This document shows, in pieces, positions 33,401-43,320 of a DNA stretch of 43,320 nucleotides. Source of the DNA: Hydrurus foetidus. Lineage: Eukaryota. The stretch covers positions 1-43,320 of the forward strand of contig UYFQ01000717.1 of assembly GCA_900617105.1 (NCBI GenBank). Direction: 5' to 3'. A program made the translations under genes and the position numbers. Below the pieces are notes generated by a model that worked only from the letters and a program-made list of their open reading frames with translations, was not told the origin of the DNA and did no database searches. Position 1 is the stretch's first letter. The number at the start of each line of letters is the position of its first letter.

Positions 33401-35952
33401 TGACTGATGGGGCCCCTACTCAATTCAAAAATAGATTTAATGCTATTCAGCTCGGCAATATTGTACGTACGTACAATTTGGACTGGGCGATGGCGGTCTA
33501 CCCCCCCACAGCCACCTTTAAGGGAGAGCATGACGGTGTTGGTAACTTGGACAAGAAGATCATTCGGCAAAGCGAACTTGCTGAAACAGGTCGTTACCCG
33601 ACGACGCGCAGCTACATGAGCTTACTATTATCTCAACCCGAGATGACACCGCGACCTCTCAACGATCCTAATAGATTAACACATGAAATTGACAAGCATA
33701 TTAGGGTGTACGTCACAGATAAATCAGATATGGAGGAGGGAGATTACGCTGACCATAATATCTTAGTCACTGATAAAGACACACAAAATTATGAAAGTAG
33801 TTCAGTACAAGGAATTCAGTCCTGTTATAACATGATTGCATTTCGTAATACAAATGAATCGGGGGAAGTAAACACTCCACAAACAGTTTATCTCAGAGAT
33901 GGTTTTTGTAGTTGTGACAATTGTAGGGGAGCAATAAAGCCAGATGACTACAAGAACTGCAGGTTTCGATTCTTATCAATATTGATGTTAATCACGCTTC
34001 TAACTGTGGTACTTCTCATTCTTACTTTTGTTTTTTATGCTGCTATATCATTTTCTATTTTGTTACATTTCTTTTGTCTAGTCACTTTTTGTTGCTTTAA
34101 TTACCTATCTTAGGTACATGGCGGACATGGGCGATCTTCGGTTGAAAATAGTGCTCAATACTGGACTTCGAATCGAACCGCCTTTAGATGCCCGAATCGC
34201 GGAGTATAAAAAATTCCTAAGTATGGGGGGGACAATAGTCAGCGGCGTAAAGATCATTGTTGGTATAAAAGGAAGAGGACTTGCTATGGTTACTGCACTA
34301 CCCGAAGTATTAGAAAAGAAATGTCAGAGAATGGGGGTCAAGTACAAACGTGGAGATGTTACTGTAGTCGTAGATATGCTTAAGAATGTAACTGATACAG
34401 GTAGTGGACAATCAATCAGGCCAGAAGGAACAGCTGATTACATAAGAAATAATAGTGGGAAACTATTGCAGAGAACAGTATTACTGAGTAACATTGTCTT
34501 ACCCGTCATTTGTTCAAATATGGATCGAGAGTCAATCGTGCCCTCCGAAGTACTTAGCCACTCAGAAAGAGTCGAGGGTTTAGACGTATACCGCGTTTTC
34601 ACAAGCGACATTGAGAAGCTGTGCGAAAGAGAAAATGAATTATTTAACATCTCGGAACCGTCTCATTAATTTCACTGAACACTTTAATTCAATATTTTCT
34701 ACTCATTTTGATCATTTTAAATACATGAATACTGCAATTGCTGTATCCTCTGCAGCTCTAATGATTTAAGACAGCACGAAGGAGCTTACAGAGGACAATT
34801 TTCTTGAAAAAGTTCTGATGGAGGAAGACAAATTGATCGGTCCCGCAGGCTACATAGTCATATTTAATTATAGTACGGCATTAATTAGTCACCGTGACTG
34901 AGCGAATATAGAAAGCAACGGCAGTCAAACAGTGTACAAAATTCGATCGATATCGCCATCAATTAATCACAGTAGTCAAGTTGAGCAGTGGCATTACTAC
35001 AATTCGGTAACATGTCATGGATAGTCGTAAATCAGGACATTATAACCGTGAATAATCACTACGTAGATTAATTGATGATACACAGGAGGAGTACTATGCA
35101 TTTGACGTGAAGTATAATCAATAGAACAAAACAATGTTTAAAATGCTTAACCTGCCGCGATTTTATCTGCATCTCACTGTCGTCCATCGAAGACTCCATT
35201 GACCAGACAGATATCCATGGTGGGATGAAATTCACCACATGGACGACTAAAACTTCCTCCAAGTAATCAAGAAAGAATCTGCTTACAAATTCCTTCCGGT
35301 TCGAGCATCTTTGATACCTGCAGATCATGTGTGCGAGAGATCGTGAGGAAAATCAATCGTTTTTGTTGCGAGTTCGGTCATCGCAAAATGACAATTTCAG
35401 TACCAAAATATTCGCTACGTCGAAATCAACTTCTACTGCATATTAAGCACCCATCCAGGGATGAAATGCTCGAGGCTTACCATTGTCAGAAAGGAAATCG
35501 AATCAAAACTCCATTCGGAGCAGTCTTCGCTTGGGGAGATCTCGCCAAATGAAGATTCCACTGTCAAATAAAATGGTGGCGAGTTCATAAACGGCGATTA
35601 ATTCTGGGTTCATTATTGGTGACGAACGTTTAATTGTTGCATAGCATATCATTTAGGATCTTTCTCTTGAAGGACGTGAGGCTACGAGCAGGATTACTAC
35701 AGAATCTGACCAGAAAAAAAATGGCAGTTTGATGGGATCGGCCCCAATTTGATAACTCACCAACGACGTCCTTGAATTCTCTGAAAATTAGCAGAGGTTG
35801 TCGACGATGGTCGACAACTTGCAACTGAAGCCGCTGAGCGTCCAACTCTGTGGAGAATTGATGCCGCAGGCTTAAATTGAGATGTGTCCGATAAGTGACA
35901 ATTCGAATCCTTATCTTACCGTAAATCCGCCCAGATTACCCGTTCCGGTGCA
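30485..35952 (+). mobile_element. Cut-and-paste DNA transposon, Sola-like, inserted in the Copia-B RT
   Basis: 27-bp TIRs TGCACCGGAACGG(A/G)TAATCTGGGCGGA with 1 mismatch. 4-bp TSD CGGG at 30481-30484 and 35953-35956. Removing it restores the RT frame DARGG-VTVHLKKALYG. Confidence 0.9.
30681..34669 (+). CDS. Sola-like transposase, 3 exons (30681-32481, 32666-33962, 34114-34669), about 1217 aa
   Basis: GT-AG introns 32482-32665 (phase 1) and 33963-34113 (phase 2) join three ORFs in frame. Motifs ASDYSA..QDQLNQ, MTDGAPTQFKNR, FKGEHDGVG and LRDGFCSCDNC resemble Sola-type DDD transposases; the family assignment is from remembered motifs. Confidence 0.8.
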
Positions 35953-37099
35953 CGGGGTCACAGTGCATTTGAAGAAAGCCCTCTACGGGTGCGTCGAGAG
36001 TTCTGGATTGTGGTACGAGAACCTACACTCGACTATGGTAGGGCTAGGGTACGTACGGAATTTATGCGATAAATGCGTATTCAACCGGACCGGCCTGGAC
36101 GGGCATCAGTGCACTGCCGCAGTCCACGTCGACGACCTGCTCATATCGAGCGCGAGCAAGGTCTCCATCAGCCATCTGGTAGATGGACTGCGCACGAGGT
36201 ACGGTGCGATTACCCTATCACATGGACCTTCTATAAACTATCTTGGTATGGCAATAGACATGCATGTACCAGGTCAGGCGATGATCACAACCACAGGATA
36301 TAGCGACGAGATCGTCAAAGTGTCAGGAGTGAAGGGAGTCGCAAGGTCACCGGCCACGGAGGGGCTGTTCGAGACAAGGGAAGGAGCGGCGCTCGTAGGC
36401 GAACCAGTGCGAGTATGGTTCCACAAGATTGTCGCCATGGTGCTATACCTGGCCAAGCGCACTAAACCCGAATGCCTAGTTGCTGTGGCCTACCTGGCCA
36501 CTCGAGTCCACAAATGCACACTAGACGACGTGGAGAAACTTCAAAGACTGGTGCGGTACATACACGCGTCGAGGGACAGCGGCGTAGTGTTGAGACCGGG
36601 TGCAGCTGGGATATCAGTGAGGCTCTTCGTAGACGCATCCTATGGGGTGCACAGCGACGGACGGTCACACACAGGGAGCTGCGTTGTCATCGGGGACGTC
36701 GGGGCGGTGCACTGCAGATCATCGAAACAGCTCATAGTAACAAAATCGAGTACAGAGGCCGAACTCGTAGGCCTGTCTGACTCGGCAAATCAGAGCATAT
36801 TCATCCGCACTTTTCTCATTGCACAGGGTTACAAGATGAAGCCGGTCACCATATACCAAGACAACCAGTCCTGCATGGCACTGGTGGAGCGCGGGAGGTC
36901 CGGAGCCGAACGCACACGTCACATCCAGATCAGATACTTCTGGGTCAAGGAGCGGGTGGACATCGGTGAAGTGCGAGTGGAGTACCTGCGGAGTGAAGAC
37001 ATGTACGCGAACGTACTGACGAAGCCCCTCCAGGGATCGCAGTTCACGAGAGAGAGAGATGGACTCACGGGATGGTGCGCAGAGAACTCAAAGAAATAA
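35953..37099 (+). pseudogene. pol: Copia-B pol 3' part (RT C-terminus, RNase H)
   Basis: Motifs LKKALYG, AVHVDD, FVDASYG, KSSTEAE, YQDNQS, KHI-like RHIQIRY and ANVLTKPL. The usual RNase H C-terminal ADxxTK Asp appears as Asn. Confidence 0.9.
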
Positions 37100-37244
37100 G
37101 GGTGCCAGCGACAGAGACGACGAGGCGCCCGACACCACTTAGTTAGATATTAATGCATGCAAATCAATTCACCCTTTTACTTTTATTGCTGACATGAAAA
37201 CATATTGCTGCCTGGATGCTCAACTACTGCGTGCCTGTTGGGTG

Positions 37245-37561
37245 TGTTGGAGTATCCGGGGAAAAGACACTGCTGTAGTTGTATAGTATATGTATGGATC
37301 CCGACGGACAGCGGCGTGCATCATAGCGCGCGTACCGCTGACCGTTGGCTGTGTGGGCTCGTGGAGCCATCCATTCACCTGTCTTCAACATGGGTGAAAA
37401 CGTGCAATTGTCTTGATATGTAAAGCTTCGTTGCCGTCTTGATTGATGCCGGTGCACAAGTTTAATTATCAAGTAATTACGCAAACACACGTCTATTTTA
37501 CGAGCCTTGGGTCACCGGTCGTCGCGAGTGCAAAGCATCCGGATTCAGAGAATTCCCAACA
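37245..37561 (+). repeat. 3' LTR of Copia-B
   Basis: Direct repeat of 26498-26814, followed by TSD TCTTT. Confidence 0.95.
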
Positions 37562-37847
37562 TCTTTTGCCATTAGGCCAGTTCTTATGGGAGATAGTAAA
37601 CTAACGGCAAAACAATATCATTTTTCAAAACAATACCTCGGTGTATTCTTTTGCCCAGGACTTCGATTTCTGCGGTTGTGGCAAAATGAGAAGAATACCT
37701 CCAAAGAATACCTCCAAAGCTCCATAACGAATCATCCGGTATAATATACTGCGATCATCACTGCCATAATTGAGTGGAGCTCTGCACAATCAAACTCACT
37801 GCTGCACACTCTGCACAATTAAACTACCTACAATAGAGTAGCGAAAC

Positions 37848-39149
37848 ATGTGGGACGCTTCTGAGTCAGTCGACCAAGCTGACGCTTATGGTCGCAATTT
37901 GGTAGCTCGAGCTAAACTTACCGAAGTTGAGAAATACAATATGCTGCGAGCGGCGTCGGTTACAGTGGCTGGGGTGAAGGCATATGGAATGGCAAAAATG
38001 AGCAAAGCGGAGCTCGAGTCAACGTGTCTTAAATTATACTTGGAAAGAATAGTTCTCGATCTGCATCAGTACAGAAACGGAATCGGCGCAGCATTTGACT
38101 TAAAGATGATGAGTAAGAGATCACTAGCGTCCGGCAAAACGCTGACGAAGAGAAAGCAGGAAGCCCTCGACAAAGCTATAAAGAAAGCTGTGAAAAACAA
38201 TGTCACTCCACCGGAGCAAGAAAATTTCAGCGCTCTCGACTGTCACGAGTTATTTCTGGAAATTAAATTCGAGTCGAACAATACTTTCAATCCAATATGG
38301 GTCAAAAACTTGAATAAGAACGGAGATATTCCCTCTGGAGTGCAACTGGTGGACTTGCTTGATAAGTTGCGGTTGGATGCATTCGAAGCAAAAGATGCTC
38401 AGAGGAGAATCTATCTCGATATTAGCCGCAAAAGGACAGCGCAGAAAAAATTGCAGCAGAAGGTTGGTGCAGCAGATGAAGTGGAGAGTGGAGACGAGAA
38501 CGAGTCTGAATGCGTGAGAAAAGTAAACGACAACACTCCAAGTAAACCGAAGGTGATGCCTGACGACTATATCCCACTTCATTTCCTTCCTTGGTTGAAG
38601 CTCGGACCAGCCTCTGACAATCAGAACCCACTTTGGATACCTGACACCGGCAAGCCATCGAAAAAACAATCGGTCGACATACTGCTATCCACTGAGAACA
38701 GCTTAAACAGTAAATCCAGCATCAGCAGAAAGGCTCAGCGATTAGAGGCAATGGGAAGTAAAGAATCCAAGGTCTTGGACTTGATGCCCTCTGGGGATGC
38801 TACCGACGAGTTGATAAGAGTCACCCTCAAGAACACAACAGACATTGTAGCCCTACTGCAAAGTGTAAATGATGTTGAACGTAAGAATGCTGATGCACTG
38901 GTAATCAATGCAAAAGAAATGTACACCTTAAACCCTTCAGAAGATAATAGATTGGATTACATAGTAGCGCTTACTGCACAGAAGGATCTGATACTCAAAC
39001 GCCATCAACCACAGGGCCCTATTTCACCCCGACCCGATAGCATACTAACACCACAGCCGCTGTTGTTACAATCCTCACCACAACTTGAAGACAACTATGA
39101 TTATGATGATATCGGTTTAGATCTTTCATTTAGCACCGAATATGTGTAG
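37848..39149 (+). CDS. Harbinger accessory protein (433 aa), putative DNA-binding partner
   Basis: Intact intronless ORF inside the TIRs, convergent with the transposase. Function is inferred from the two-gene Harbinger architecture; no clear Myb/SANT motif was seen. Confidence 0.75.
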   Translation: MWDASESVDQADAYGRNLVARAKLTEVEKYNMLRAASVTVAGVKAYGMAKMSKAELESTCLKLYLERIVLDLHQYRNGIGAAFDLKMMSKRSLASGKTLTKRKQEALDKAIKKAVKNNVTPPEQENFSALDCHELFLEIKFESNNTFNPIWVKNLNKNGDIPSGVQLVDLLDKLRLDAFEAKDAQRRIYLDISRKRTAQKKLQQKVGAADEVESGDENESECVRKVNDNTPSKPKVMPDDYIPLHFLPWLKLGPASDNQNPLWIPDTGKPSKKQSVDILLSTENSLNSKSSISRKAQRLEAMGSKESKVLDLMPSGDATDELIRVTLKNTTDIVALLQSVNDVERKNADALVINAKEMYTLNPSEDNRLDYIVALTAQKDLILKRHQPQGPISPRPDSILTPQPLLLQSSPQLEDNYDYDDIGLDLSFSTEYV

Positions 39150-39154
39150 TTCAT

Positions 39155-40767
39155 CTAAATCCATTCTACTAGGTTATTATTAAAGCAATACATGTAATGT
39201 ACAGTAAGTTGTTTTCTAAATTCAAAATAAGTTGCATCTACTGTATCATCTGCATTTTCGAGTACTACATTTCGCTCATGAAGCTCTCGATTTTCAATTA
39301 CATCATTTTCTTTCACCAAACGACCACGCATGCGGAGGCGCTCTCTTCCTTCTCTCAAATCCCTATCATCTTCATCATCGGGCGTCTCCCAATTAAGATG
39401 GTCTTTCCAAGCTACATCAAATTCATCATGTACTAAATTCATGTTATGTAGTATACATGAAGAAATGAATACATTGTCAAGTTTGTGCTGATGATGAAAT
39501 AGAATGTGCATTTGTAAAATCCGAAATCTTCCTTTCAGTCTACCAAAAAAACATTCAACGTCTTTTCTTACACTTTCTAATCTTGTCGACCATCTTAACT
39601 CACTTTCATTAGTACAGTATTTACTAGGGCATTGTAAAATACGCCATCTTGCATATCCGTTATCGGATATCAAGTAAGGACCACGCACAGTAAATTGAGA
39701 CCCATCCTCCTAAGATTAAAATAAAAACATCAGAAATAAGAGCAGTGTTATATAAAACACTACAGTTCAGTGTGACTAATATAGTACAGCAGTGATAAAT
39801 AAAGTACAGCAGTGTATGTATTAAGAGTAAAACACTGTTATCAAACCTTAAATAGCTTATATTCTACATCCTGTAGTATTGTCTTGTCTTTGATGGCGGT
39901 GACTAGCTCATCTGTTTTGACGATAGTTTTATCGTTTCTCGACCCTGGGTGACCTGGTGATATGTACATACATCTCCCAGAATGATTTACTGTTACCTAC
40001 GGTTCATTTTTAAGAATGGCATTTAGATACGTATGACTTGGTAATAACGTGTGTTGCTCATCGCGGAGTACCTCATAAGCGACAGTGGCTTTTTTTTCTT
40101 TTCCCGTGTATGTATTCTGATATAATGCAGGGCATCTACCCCACATCACATGCGTGCAATCGATGCTTCCAATAGCACCGGGGAAACCAAGTCTGCTGTA
40201 CACTTTTAGATTGTCAGCTGCTTCAGCAGCTGTAGTTGGATAATATATCCATCTGTCTTTGAATACAGTCACAAATTTGGCCCAATAGAAATGATAGAAT
40301 GTATGCATAGTCGATATTGACATCCCACTTAGTTCTGCGATTGCATCGAAGGAGCAACCTTTGGCGGACATTCTGAGGGCTCCTAGTATTTTCAATTCCA
40401 ACGGAACGCCTTCGACTCCGATGCAGTCGGAGCCTGTTTCTCCCATCAACTTCCCGTTGTCTAAAACCCAGAGTCGGGATTCCTCGACAATATCCTTAAA
40501 CATCGAAAAAGGTATGCTAAAGCGCCTCCGAAACAGCTTGTTCTGAGGATGGCCCAATATCTTGCAATCGCCTTTTGCAAGCATCGCCCACCAAGTCGAC
40601 TGTTTGTAAACTGGTCGGTCATAGATTTTTCGGAAAACTTGAGGACAATCCGCATCCTGAAATTTAACTTTCAAAGCCCTACGCTTCAATGTAGATGCAA
40701 TCAGCTGCGAGCTGATGATTACGGACAGAGCAGAGAGACGCAGAATCTCCATTTCTGATTCTGCCAT
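39155..40767 (-). CDS. Harbinger (HARBI1-like DDE) transposase, 3 exons (40767-40072, 39996-39847, 39709-39155), about 466 aa
   Basis: Motifs FRRRFSI, GFPGAIGSIDCTH, PGSRNDK, ISDNGY, RKDVECFFGRLKGRF and CILHN. Two phase-0 GT-AG introns (75 and 137 nt) join the exons in frame. Confidence 0.93.
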
Positions 40768-41198
40768 GCTATGAATGTGTATCGCGGTGCTATATAGTAG
40801 TATATTGGCTGTATATTGAGCCCAGAGGTCTTCTTCTGTATTCTCAGAAATGTCAAAGTAAACGGCGTTTACTTTGACATTTCTGGAATCGAAAAGAATG
40901 CACGGCGTACTATGACATTTCTGGAGGTTTTGTTTTGTGCCATAACGAGTGATTTTCCAACAGTTCCAGAAAATAATACACCGAGGTATTCTTTTTCGAG
41001 GTATTCTTCGGCTCCATAAGAACTGGCCTTAGGACTACACAATCGGGATCTTCAACAGATCATCTTGTACATCTGTACGTGCGATGTGGAGATTCCCAAA
41101 CAGAATCACTGTCACGTTAGGGGACAGTTAAGTTAATTGTTAATTCACCAAGTAAACTCTGATTCAAAGACTTCTGGATTTAAAGTGTTGCCGTGGAA

Positions 41199-41777
41199 AT
41201 GTATGGTTACTCAGCTTTCGAATCCGATGATGTCTTCGTGGACTTGGGTGATCCAACAATCACCACCGAAGATTTAGACGACGAGCCGATGCATCTCACC
41301 AGCTATGAGAATGATGATCAGCAGGAAGAAAGTAAGGATCCAGACGCACATCCTGATTTACTTTTCTAGGTCTTTTTGTGATGAGCGTGCTTCAGACATT
41401 GCATCACGAGTTTTGCAGAAACCTGAAATCACAGTACCACGCGGTAGCTAACGAAACTGTCAAATGGATCGTTTTCTATATTCAGATGATAACGCCTCTG
41501 ATTTACCAGGAGTTGATATCGATGACGAAGATGCGCTGGAGAATTTAAACATCTGGCTGATTGACAAAGCGGATATTCTGCCTTCTCAAACAAGGTGAGA
41601 AATCAAATTATCCTGGGATTGTGCAGAGGTGTGAGAGCATCTGAGGATTTGGAATACTGCAGCTGTCTTGATAGACTTGGGCATCAGAACAGAATGCTCC
41701 TCTTGAGAACAGTATATCATTATGAGGAGGACAGAAGAGTGCAGAGCAGCTCGTGTCATACCACCCACTGTTTATAG
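41199..41777 (+). pseudogene. Possible spliced gene fragment encoding an acidic peptide
   Basis: Acidic segments (DDVFVDLGDPTITTEDLDDE and DDNASDLPGVDIDDEDALENLNIWL) bounded by GTAAG (41332), TTCAG (41485) and GTGAG splice-like sites in compatible phase. Confidence 0.3.
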
Positions 41778-43090
41778 CTCAACTTAAACTGTGCGAGATG
41801 AAAAATGAAACAAAAGTAGAAGCATAGCACATCTATGACGCGAGAGATTAAAACCGAATAAAGAAGAGAATGAAACAGAAATCAGAAAATATGAATTTAA
41901 GACGCTAGGATGACATAGTCAGAAACGTTTGTGGCAACGATCACTCTATCCCCTGCCTTGGGTGATATAGATTTGTAAGTATTGTAGGAAATGCGCAACA
42001 CCACACATTGAAGTGGGATTGTGAAGGATTGTGTATGATTGAATATTGTTTGACAGTTCCTGGAATGTGCGGACGTTCTCATGTTTGGGAGAAAGTAGCC
42101 AGTTCCACAAGTATTTCAGATAATTCAATTTATTTGAAGTGTTGCCATTCAGTATAACAATTGGTTAAATGTTGACAAATATCATATTTAGCAACTGCAA
42201 GAAAGTGAGAATGCAGCACTATAAAATACGACGTGAAGAACGTATGACAATTGCAACTGTTGAGTACGTGTACTCAATTGATCAATATGATCAATTTGCA
42301 AATAGACAGCTGATGATTGCATGTGTAACGTACGGTAATAGCTCTATGCAAAGTTATCGAAGCATCAAGAATTCTGTTGTAATTCATACCTAGAAATCTG
42401 TTCAAATAAATAGCTGTCAGCAACTCGAAAAGAAATAACTTGAAACTGTTTTATCCTTCGTTTGCGAGAATCTTTGTCAGATTTGATGTGCAATATGTAA
42501 AGATATATCAACACATTCAATTTTATTTACCACAGTCAACTCTCAATAGAAAGTTTGTTTACATGTCATATCGTGATAGAAAAACAATGCTCAATTTTGA
42601 TTGTACATACTTATGCACGTTTTTCGTTTTCAGAAAATACAGTGTACAGTTTATCAACGATTGTGTTGGTAGTGTCAAAAGGTTGGCCAAAAAAATCCAC
42701 AAGGATCCAAGTAAGTAGAATCTCGTACCAAATGCCAGATGGATTAGTAATCTCTTCTTTTTTTGAATTTCTGTCATTGTTTGTTCTGTTTTCTACTGTG
42801 TTTTTTTTAACATTCATCTATTTCCGTCTTTATTTCTTATATTTCTCGTATCTGCCAATTTGCACTGTAATAAAATCTAATATTATCAACACTACCTAAT
42901 TTGACTTGACATACCGCGAAATGCCCTGTGTAGATTATTTGCAGCGAATAGGAGTGAACAGTGACGATATGCAGGAAATAGTGGAAGCAATGCAGAGGTG
43001 GGTGATGCACATCTAATTTCGTGTTTTTGTAACTCCCACTGCTGTTATCCTTACTTTCGTTTTTCTTTCGATTTTTCTCTTTATAGTCAC

Positions 43091-43320
43091 TTTTCCTATT
43101 TTTATTCTTACTTTCGTTGTGACTGTTTCTGCTCATGCTTCCTTATACCTCTATCTTTCTTTTTCTTCTCCTACCTTTTTGCTGTGCCTTTTTTCCTATT
43201 TTTATTCTTACTTTCGTTGTGACTGTTTCTGCTCATGCTTCCTTACACCTCTATCTTTCTTTTTCTTCTCCTACCTTTTTGCTGTGCCTTTTTTCCTATT
43301 TTTATTCTTACTTTCGTTGT
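43091..43320. repeat. 100-bp pyrimidine-rich tandem repeat (2.3 copies visible, runs off the window)
   Basis: TTTTCCTATT starts at 43091, 43191 and 43291. The first two units differ by one base (TATACC vs TACACC). Confidence 0.93.

Larger units (their letters stand above)
26498..37561 (+). mobile_element. Ty1/Copia LTR retrotransposon (Copia-B), defective, interrupted by a DNA transposon
   Basis: 317-bp LTRs TGTTGG...CCAACA at 26498-26814 and 37245-37561, with 1 difference by eye. TSD TCTTT at 26493-26497 and 37562-37566. Confidence 0.96.
37575..41028 (-). mobile_element. PIF/Harbinger DNA transposon, apparently intact, with two convergent genes
   Basis: Perfect 15-bp TIRs GGCCAGTTCTTATGG at 37575-37589 and 41014-41028. 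TSD TTA at 37572-37574 and 41029-41031. HARBI1-like transposase. Confidence 0.95.

Noticed and set aside
33963..34113. Transmembrane C-terminal tail of the 496-aa ORF (and the hydrophobic N-terminus at 32623-32665)
   Set aside because: These are translations of T-rich introns with in-phase GT-AG boundaries.
35882..35952. N-terminus of the 405-aa ORF as a real protein start
   Set aside because: It is the DNA transposon end fortuitously in frame with the interrupted Copia RT.
41586..43222. Short ORFs in the right-hand AT-rich region
   Set aside because: Short, overlapping and low-complexity, with no recognisable motifs.

Overview
Eukaryotic repeat-rich DNA with spliceosomal introns, read as the edge of a highly homogeneous 142-144 bp AT-rich satellite array (1-706, 8116-18629, plus single monomers to ~24905), possibly centromeric or pericentromeric. 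No intact host gene is evident. Two intact, young LTR retrotransposons sit in the array. (1) A Ty1/Copia element (707-8115, TSD CTTAA) has a CCCH zinc finger, an extra ~230-aa domain before the protease, an HSDD RT motif and a single in-frame TAG between protease and integrase. (2) A Ty3/Gypsy chromovirus (19041-24723) has a solo LTR of the same family (18630-18890) at exactly the same monomer position, one repeat unit upstream. Beyond the array is a nested cluster: a defective Copia (26498-37561, TSD TCTTT) interrupted by a three-exon Sola-like DNA transposon (30485-35952), followed 13 bp later by a two-gene PIF/Harbinger element (37575-41028, TSD TTA). Both appear to have landed in a cryptic ~218-bp TGTAG...CTACA LTR-like remnant. 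The window ends in a 100-bp tandem repeat. All calls come from manual reading of the sequence; no database search was run.
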